64,000 nucleotides of DNA from Bacilli bacterium (GTDB lineage: Bacteria; Bacillota_I; Bacilli_A; ML615J-28; CAG-698): contig JAZLLM010000085.1 of assembly GCA_045598145.1 (NCBI GenBank), positions 7,303 to 71,302 of the forward strand. The letters run 5' to 3'. Shown here piece after piece: positions 58,001 to 64,000 of the stretch (positions are counted from its first letter, which is position 1; every line of letters starts with the position of its first letter). The position numbers and the translations under genes were made by a program. The notes beneath the pieces are model-generated. The model did no database searches. It saw only the letters and a list, made by a program, of their open reading frames with translations, and was not told the origin of the DNA.

Positions 58001-58083
58001 TAACACCAGAACAACAAAAAGCATTTGATACTACTTGGAATAATATTTATGGTAATAATATAAATCAAAAACAAACAGTATAA
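55054..58083 (+). CDS. large virion protein (1009 aa) with glycine-zipper hydrophobic segment and Q/N-rich regions
   Basis: AMAGLSLGPWGALAGAIAGSVMSGINMG membrane-like segment. QQNQQNQQMQQQMAMEQQ low-complexity region. Confidence 0.5.
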   Translation: MVYQIPPYLLGLDYYKYSEDNNNILNNSFDLSNIKWDWSNNNNQDSYEYANSNLNPNYNTFSKFETLPDQSKVLSTNPDTYMLGNKQITPKKSNFNGSKISGISNLVQTGLGDIFSVVDSSKSKLDYGTHRPFQYTNNYNDLSHERANYLDTSNLHAPTVGEAAIDLNMRTAKGAMAGLSLGPWGALAGAIAGSVMSGINMGTKAATYKKDIAKANNLNQQFYNSYLRNFNNNFNDITLANQERMNKWRSGKIMAEGGELNTYPLLDTNIIGNGGSHEQNPNNGVQYGVDQNGTPNLVQEGEVVWNNFVFSNEIKPDENILKKFSIYFRKKFLSYADVAKHIINLHKDYQYDAPHQNSYEVEMERLKNSQEYQKISEEAAEFGMEPEEYIQYQQNQQNQQMQQQMAMEQQAQSDIQMQQQLQDVNTQLPSFEQNQIMAFGGNLYKDGGDFNALNSPHDQTKLVRHYYRDSQTKNAAYQLDRLGYYLDILMYRPLENDEQERFNWTLQHALPYLQNDPKAQVYLKDRMGWSNEILNGILSDYEIPSAHGLPTNNLSAQEKRIERVNYHGSKNTPSRRANFEFGEIPRQLYSNTPVQTQTVSSLQPNTTSNGVAYYNVNRTINNPQYQYWDPKQRSLISQSTYSNLTPEEQGRMYKIGIKGGKGYDGRINYPDNPEYINKYNALTDDDWQKIKETLGDNYKNYTVDALKKGGNDNLFGNIHKAAINYIYDRDANIPIPETITEEPIINTTTEEPKVQLKSLESNNIQESNPTSKWEAILGANNPFRYAPVFDNIRSVIEQNKPDYTYSNQIASLYQPATYNPQGERMYYTPVDQYYLANQAQQRANTFLGGVKNNAATNNANAYMQSMANQQYQNEIANNYLQAINNNNQQRNTSLQYNNQLDLQNEQNRMAVEQYNLSNRQQIMANAYQAAEEERLAVENAREANKQNLANNLGLIGKEQSDYYNVNHNPALMYGAFGTFYKNLTPEQQKAFDTTWNNIYGNNINQKQTV

Positions 58084-59546
58084 TGGCTAGAAGATATATA
58101 AATACATCACAATTTAATCCGTATTCTTTTCAAGAAATGTGGGAACCTGCGTTAGCAGCTACACAAGCACATCAACAACAAATGGGTGCTATGGCAGAAA
58201 TGAACGCTAAAAGTTCATTTATTGGTAATATGATAGACCCTGAAAAAGATCCTGAGGAATATGCTGCTTGGCAGCAATATAATTTAGGAATCAATCAAGC
58301 ATCAAAAGACTTAATGGCAAAAGGTTTATCGAACGCTACGTATAATAATATATACGGTTTAACTATTAATTATCAAAAGAATATTAAACCTATTGAAGTA
58401 TCGTTAGAAAATCAACAAAAGTTTGCTAATTTGCAACAAGAAACAAAATTAAAAAATCCTAAAATGTTCTTTGCAAGAACAGCATCTGATTATTCATTAA
58501 AAGATTTTCGTAACGGTTTACCACAAATGGATTTAGTAGATGGCGATGAAGCACAAAAACAGGCAGTATTAATGGCAAGTGCTTACGCTAATGGCCATTT
58601 AGAAATGTTACCACCACAAGCTTATAGTAAATTTAAAATGTTAGTGGAAACTGCTGTTGTAGATCCTATTACTGGTCAACGTTTATCATTTGAAAATGCT
58701 TTAGCACAATTAAATAGTAAAGATCCAAATACTTTAATGAATATTATGAAGCGTACAGTAATGGAAACTGTAGGCGGAAGTCGTTTACGTGATAATAATA
58801 AAATGAATGATTATACTCAATTAAATAGTTTAATTGATAATGCGCTTATGGGTGCTATTATACAAAAACCAGATTTAAAACTTGAGGATAATGGTTATGC
58901 ACAAGAGCAATCGATTGCACAAGGTTGGGCAAAAATTGCTCAAGATGAAAGACATTTTCAACAAACTCTTGCAACTAAAAAACAAGAACAAGCAGCAGCT
59001 TCTGCAACACATTTTGCTTATAGGAACGAAAAAGATTCACATGGTAATTCACGCAATACAGTTTATTTTGCACCAGCAGGTGGTAAAGAAAAGAATTACG
59101 CATTGGCAATACAAAATTTAATGCAAGGTTCTGCTATTAGTAAAAAAGGTAGAAAAGGTAAATATGATATTAATATTACTGACGCTCAAGGTAAAAAAAT
59201 AAGTTTACCAAAAGATTGGGCAGAAAAAGCGAAATCGTTTAGTTTAGAAGTACCACTTATAGTTAATAATCAAATTACTACAAAAATTGCATTACGTGTT
59301 GATGGTAAAACATATTATTGTCAACCTGATGATTTAGGTATAAATCCTCAATGGATTAAAGCGTTTAATGATGAAGTTAAATATAACCCTGTATATTCAA
59401 AATATTTAAAAACTCCACAATATTTAACTGAAGAGGAAAGAAATGGAATTATTGAAACTCAAACTAACGTATTAGATTTAATTGTACGTGAATTAAATGA
59501 TTTAGCGAATTATAATCCGCAAGATGTTTATAAAAATGTAGAATAA
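58083..59546 (+). CDS. hypothetical virion protein
   Basis: 487-aa ORF; ATGG/TAATG coupling to neighbours. Confidence 0.45.
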   Translation: MARRYINTSQFNPYSFQEMWEPALAATQAHQQQMGAMAEMNAKSSFIGNMIDPEKDPEEYAAWQQYNLGINQASKDLMAKGLSNATYNNIYGLTINYQKNIKPIEVSLENQQKFANLQQETKLKNPKMFFARTASDYSLKDFRNGLPQMDLVDGDEAQKQAVLMASAYANGHLEMLPPQAYSKFKMLVETAVVDPITGQRLSFENALAQLNSKDPNTLMNIMKRTVMETVGGSRLRDNNKMNDYTQLNSLIDNALMGAIIQKPDLKLEDNGYAQEQSIAQGWAKIAQDERHFQQTLATKKQEQAAASATHFAYRNEKDSHGNSRNTVYFAPAGGKEKNYALAIQNLMQGSAISKKGRKGKYDINITDAQGKKISLPKDWAEKAKSFSLEVPLIVNNQITTKIALRVDGKTYYCQPDDLGINPQWIKAFNDEVKYNPVYSKYLKTPQYLTEEERNGIIETQTNVLDLIVRELNDLANYNPQDVYKNVE

Positions 59547-59548
59547 TT

Positions 59549-62500
59549 ATGGCAGATTTAACTTATATTGAAAATTATCGTTTACATAACAATACCCAAC
59601 AAACGCAACAATCGTTAGCGGCAAGTAGAAATTTTAACGATTATACATCTCTTGCAATTAAGCAACAATCTTTATATAATAAACTTTTCCCAGTTGCTGC
59701 TTATGAAGAATTAGATCCTGTATATAAACAAAACGGTTTTGGTCAATCTCGTTTTGATAAAAGAGCTCGTTATCTTGAAGATATTATTGATCCTACCGAT
59801 TTACGTGCAAGAGAACAAACTTTTTTAGGACGTTTAGGAAATGATATTGTAAAAACTGCAGTAATGACTGGAACAACTGCAGTTAACTTGTTTGGTTTAT
59901 TAACAGCTGGTGTTGGAAATGGAATTGCACAATCTGTTAAAAAACAAAAAGCTGGTGAAGATAATCAATCACAAAATAATGCATTTTTACAGGGATTAAT
60001 TGATAATCCTATTACTAATGCTATGAATGCTATTGATGATTATTTTGAAAAAATTATGCCTAATTATCGTTCTTATGAAGAACAAGATACGAAATGGTAT
60101 AAACGTGCATTTACACCAGGAATGGCTGCAAACTTTTGGTTTGATGACGTAATGAAAAATGTAGGTTTTAGTATAGGTTCAATGGCTGCAGCTAAAGGTG
60201 TAACAAATTTAGTAGGTAAAACTTTACGTTTAGCAGAACGTAAATCTTATCGTGAAGCTTTTGAAACATTAGGTAAAACATTAACACAGCCAAATATTAG
60301 TAAAGAAGTTGGAGAATTAGTACAACAATTAACAAAAGAAGGAGTATTACCTACAGCTAAACGTGCAGCATTAAACAAATTAAAACAATTATCAAAAAGA
60401 GATGAATTAGTTACTTCTTTAGTTGGTTCTTCACTTGGTGCAGTAGGAGAAGCACAATTTGAAGCTAATAACGCTTTACATGATTTTAAAGATAAAAATA
60501 ATAAATTGTTAGATGAATGGATGGAAAATAATGAAAATCATCTTTTACGTATGTATGAAAAAGCAAACGGTTTAGATGATCAAGGAAAACCTATCACATT
60601 TGAACAGTTTAAAAATAATAAAAAAGCAGAAGCTCAATCTGAAATAGATACACAAGCTAATCGTGTAGCTAATTCAGTATTTGGTTGGGAAACTGGATTA
60701 TTAACATTAACGAATTTTAGTGCATTTAGAAGATTTTTTTCTGGAGGATTTAGAAATTTTAATGCTGCTGCAGTAAAAGCTGGTATAGAAAACGGTGGAA
60801 ATGAAATAATTTCCAATATAGGTAAACGTATTGCTAAAAACGGAACTACAGAAGCATTTAATAAATTAACGAAAGCAAAAAAAATAACTGCTATTGCTAA
60901 ACCGTTAATAACAGAAGGTCCTGTAGAAGAAATGGGCCAAAATTTTATTAATAAAGCAAGTGAATTTTATCACGGTTCTTATTTAAATGAGCAATTAGGT
61001 TACTTACTTAATCCTGATTATAATAACGAAGCTGTTAATCGTATAAATGCGATAGGTAAAGGTTTAACTCGTTCTTATGGTAATATAGATGAATGGTTAG
61101 ATGGTTTTGCTGGTTCAATTATGGGTGCATTTGGTTTACCTAATATACATCATAATAAAAAAGCAGAACGTGAAAAAGATTCTTCTAAAAAACGTTTTGA
61201 ATTTTCTTTAGATAGTGGTATATATGGAGAATGGAAAAAAATTCACGAAACTGATAAGTTAGTAAATGAAGCAGTATCTGCTGTTAATTCTTATTTACAA
61301 TCTCCAGATAAGATAAAAGAATTTCAAAATACTATTGCACAAATAGCACTAGATGATAAAATGACTAGTGCTGGATTAATTAATGATCCTTTAGAATTTA
61401 AAGATTCAGAACATATATCATTAATGAAAACGATTTCTGCATTTAAAAATGCAGGTATGGAAGATATATTAGATAAGTATATCGATAGTGCATCAAATGA
61501 TTTAACTGACGAACAAATTGATACTATTCGTCAAGGTTTAAATACCACAGACGCACAATCATTAACTAATGATCAAGTACGTGAACGTATTAAACATGAA
61601 GCTTCAGATATGAAAGAATTAATAAAATCGTATCGTGAAATAAATGATAATTTATTACGTTCTTATAGTAATAATACAACTAGTTCACAAATAGATTTAT
61701 TGAGCGAAATGTTATCTTTATCTGATTATAAGTTACAACGTGTACTTAAAACAATTAAAGAAAATAAACATTTATTTACAGATTTAAATTTATATGAAGC
61801 TGATGGAAAGACTATAAATATAAGTAATGCAGTTAAAGCACTTACTGATATATTGCAATTAAACGATGAATCTTTTGATGCAGTACATGCAAAAAACACT
61901 CAAAATGAAAACATTTTAACACAAGAACAAATAAATCGTATTGCTGATCATCATACACAAAAAATATTAAATAGTTTTCCTCAAGCGTGGAATCAATCTC
62001 GTAAAGAAGAAACTTATCATCAACTTGTAGATGCATATGTAAATTTAAAAGATAGTATTGCATTAAATAATGAATTTGCAGTATTAATTAATAATCCATC
62101 TATCTTACACTATATATCTAAACAAATTTTTGATAATACTTTAAGTGATGCTGAAAAAAAACAAGTTAACGATTTAGTTTTAAAATTTAAAGATTTATCT
62201 TCTGAAGATAAAATTAAAAGTGAAATAGATAATATTTCTAACGATGCTATAAAAAATCAAGTATTGAAAACTCTTGAAAAAGACGGTAACGATACTGTTA
62301 AAAAAGTAATTAAACAATTACGTGATGAAAACTGGTGGCAATTTTATTTAGATACTTATAATAATTTAAGTGACGATGAGTTTAGTTCTCCAGAAGAAGC
62401 AAGTGAAATAAAAGAGTTAATTAAAAAATTAAAAGATGTACCATACTCTGAAGCTATTGATACATTAGAAACTATGGCAAATAGCGGTAATGTTACAGAC

Positions 62501-64000
62501 ATACAACAAAAATTCATTAGTCGTTTATTATCACAAATTAAACAAGAAAAACAAAAAGAAGAAAAAAGAAAATCAACTACTACTGAAAATTCAAATAAAG
62601 CTAAAAAAGCATTCGAGCTGTTAATGAATAAAGATAGCGAATTTAGAAAAAAATTATTAGAAGTTATATCTAAACGTAATAAAAATATTAAGATAAATTC
62701 GCAAAATACTATTTATAATTTGATATATAATGAAGATAATTTAAATATTGGATTAAATAGTAATCTATTAGAACATAAAACTACGATACGTATTATTTAT
62801 AATAATAAAAACGTATTAGATAAAAGTATATTTGTAGAAGAAATTATCGATAATAGTTCTGCTATTTTTGATGAAAATGAAATTCAATTCGATTCCGAAA
62901 TAGTAAGTAAATTACAAGCACAATTACAAAAAAAATTAAATAATACTACTTTATCTAAAGAAACTATTCAACAAATTATAAATAAGTTAAATCAAAACTT
63001 ATCTTCTAAGAAGAAATATGTAACTCCTTTATCTAATAATGATATTGAAAAAATAATTGAAGATGATAATGTTAAAGATTTATGGGAGCAATATTTAAAT
63101 CCAGAGCTTATTAAAGATGAAGAACCAACTCAAAAAACACAAAAACGCAAAAGTGGAAATACGGTAGAGTTTTTTAATTGGATTATTGCAGAAGAAGATA
63201 TGAAAGAAATACGTAAACGCGGTTTAGATACATTTGAAAATATAACAAAACCTGAACTTTCAAAAAAAGAAGAAAAAGCGTGGAGTGAAAAACATTATCC
63301 AGACGCTACTTATTTAATTAAGTTAAAAGAAGATATTGATTTGTTAAAAGCATTACAAGAAAATTATCCTGGTATGAAAGGTGATATACGAACTTATCGT
63401 ACTAGAATGATTAACATTTTAAAATCTAGATATATAAATTTAAAGGACAAGATTACTCCTGAAATTCAAAGTTATTTAGATTTACAAAAATCTTTAAACC
63501 GTGCTAAAGAATCATTATATAATCATATAAGTGTATTTGAAATATCTACATTTGATAAAACAAATATAGAAGATTTAAAAACATTAGTACAAAAAATAGA
63601 AAACAATATTAACTTAATAAAGCAATTTATACCAAATATTGAATCTTTAAGTGGTGAATATAAAAACGGTATGTTATCTGACATCAATGCTGTTATAACA
63701 AATGCAGAACGTGTTTTAAAAAATATAAACGCGTTAATCGATAAACTATCTGAAGAAACAGGAGAAAACCTAAATAATGGTGGACAACCTAAGAAAAGTA
63801 CAAAAGAAAGAATACCTTACAATGTTGATGCTGTATCTGAAGAAGATTGGTATGGTGTTAGAGATAAAGAAAAAAAGCATACCCATTCAAATTCAAAATG
63901 GGAAGAATCTTCGAGATTAGCAAATAGATTGGAACAAGATAGAATAATTCATACGTTTTTAACACGATTTGGTGCTTATTTATTCAAAGATAAAGGACGA
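59549..64000 (+). CDS. giant virion protein, >1484 aa, 3' end beyond window
   Basis: ATG at 59549; open frame to the window end (no complete ORF listed here). Predominantly helical K/E-rich sequence with glycine-zipper hydrophobic segments near the N-terminus (TAVMTGTTAVNLFGLLTAGVGNGIAQS). Confidence 0.5.
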   Translation, partial: MADLTYIENYRLHNNTQQTQQSLAASRNFNDYTSLAIKQQSLYNKLFPVAAYEELDPVYKQNGFGQSRFDKRARYLEDIIDPTDLRAREQTFLGRLGNDIVKTAVMTGTTAVNLFGLLTAGVGNGIAQSVKKQKAGEDNQSQNNAFLQGLIDNPITNAMNAIDDYFEKIMPNYRSYEEQDTKWYKRAFTPGMAANFWFDDVMKNVGFSIGSMAAAKGVTNLVGKTLRLAERKSYREAFETLGKTLTQPNISKEVGELVQQLTKEGVLPTAKRAALNKLKQLSKRDELVTSLVGSSLGAVGEAQFEANNALHDFKDKNNKLLDEWMENNENHLLRMYEKANGLDDQGKPITFEQFKNNKKAEAQSEIDTQANRVANSVFGWETGLLTLTNFSAFRRFFSGGFRNFNAAAVKAGIENGGNEIISNIGKRIAKNGTTEAFNKLTKAKKITAIAKPLITEGPVEEMGQNFINKASEFYHGSYLNEQLGYLLNPDYNNEAVNRINAIGKGLTRSYGNIDEWLDGFAGSIMGAFGLPNIHHNKKAEREKDSSKKRFEFSLDSGIYGEWKKIHETDKLVNEAVSAVNSYLQSPDKIKEFQNTIAQIALDDKMTSAGLINDPLEFKDSEHISLMKTISAFKNAGMEDILDKYIDSASNDLTDEQIDTIRQGLNTTDAQSLTNDQVRERIKHEASDMKELIKSYREINDNLLRSYSNNTTSSQIDLLSEMLSLSDYKLQRVLKTIKENKHLFTDLNLYEADGKTINISNAVKALTDILQLNDESFDAVHAKNTQNENILTQEQINRIADHHTQKILNSFPQAWNQSRKEETYHQLVDAYVNLKDSIALNNEFAVLINNPSILHYISKQIFDNTLSDAEKKQVNDLVLKFKDLSSEDKIKSEIDNISNDAIKNQVLKTLEKDGNDTVKKVIKQLRDENWWQFYLDTYNNLSDDEFSSPEEASEIKELIKKLKDVPYSEAIDTLETMANSGNVTDIQQKFISRLLSQIKQEKQKEEKRKSTTTENSNKAKKAFELLMNKDSEFRKKLLEVISKRNKNIKINSQNTIYNLIYNEDNLNIGLNSNLLEHKTTIRIIYNNKNVLDKSIFVEEIIDNSSAIFDENEIQFDSEIVSKLQAQLQKKLNNTTLSKETIQQIINKLNQNLSSKKKYVTPLSNNDIEKIIEDDNVKDLWEQYLNPELIKDEEPTQKTQKRKSGNTVEFFNWIIAEEDMKEIRKRGLDTFENITKPELSKKEEKAWSEKHYPDATYLIKLKEDIDLLKALQENYPGMKGDIRTYRTRMINILKSRYINLKDKITPEIQSYLDLQKSLNRAKESLYNHISVFEISTFDKTNIEDLKTLVQKIENNINLIKQFIPNIESLSGEYKNGMLSDINAVITNAERVLKNINALIDKLSEETGENLNNGGQPKKSTKERIPYNVDAVSEEDWYGVRDKEKKHTHSNSKWEESSRLANRLEQDRIIHTFLTRFGAYLFKDKGR

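Noticed and set aside
1-64000. Stop-codon reassignment (TAG to Gln or TGA to Trp), as reported for some crAss-like lineages
   Set aside because: All large genes (2020, 1079, 1009, 815, 810, 760 aa and the >1484-aa terminal ORF) are uninterrupted in the standard code. Both Leu tRNAs have the ordinary UAA anticodon, not a suppressor anticodon.
1-64000. CRISPR array, diversity-generating retroelement, integrase/lysogeny module
   Set aside because: No regularly spaced direct repeats with unique spacers. No reverse-transcriptase (YxDD) ORF near the fibre genes. No tyrosine/serine recombinase motifs in any ORF.

Overview
AT-rich (roughly 30% GC) double-stranded DNA phage segment. Its organisation and content fit a crAss-like (Crassvirales-type) phage of Bacteroidota, though no search was run.

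Positions 1-14985 are a minus-strand block of replication and accessory genes: a P-loop ATPase, a DnaB-like helicase, a glucosaminidase-type lysin, an adjacent NAMPT-like plus Prs-like pair forming an NAD+ salvage/reconstitution module, many small ORFs, a tRNA-Leu(UAA)-like gene and a vWA-domain protein.

Positions ~15000-16400 are a non-coding switch region. It carries iteron-like direct repeats, G-tract inverted repeats flanking a GC-rich ORF, bidirectional hairpins and a Bacteroides-type promoter.

Positions 16413-64000 are plus-strand. In order they encode a metallophosphoesterase, a tRNA cluster, small genes, TerL (760 aa), portal (815 aa), a putative scaffold, the major capsid protein and collagen-repeat tail fibres. 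These are followed by a GC-richer cassette (~42.2-46.5 kb) carrying a fibre C-terminus, a chaperone and a LamG-like lectin, and by very large virion proteins (2020 aa, 1009 aa, and >1484 aa truncated at the window end).

Most notable: one tRNA-Leu(UAA) is split at U34/A35 of the anticodon by a ~697-nt group I intron that encodes an HNH homing endonuclease. A second, frameshift-decayed GIY-YIG homing endonuclease gene sits directly upstream of the capsid gene. The -7 promoter motif TATATTTG recurs upstream of late genes.

No stop-codon recoding, CRISPR array, integrase or reverse transcriptase was seen.
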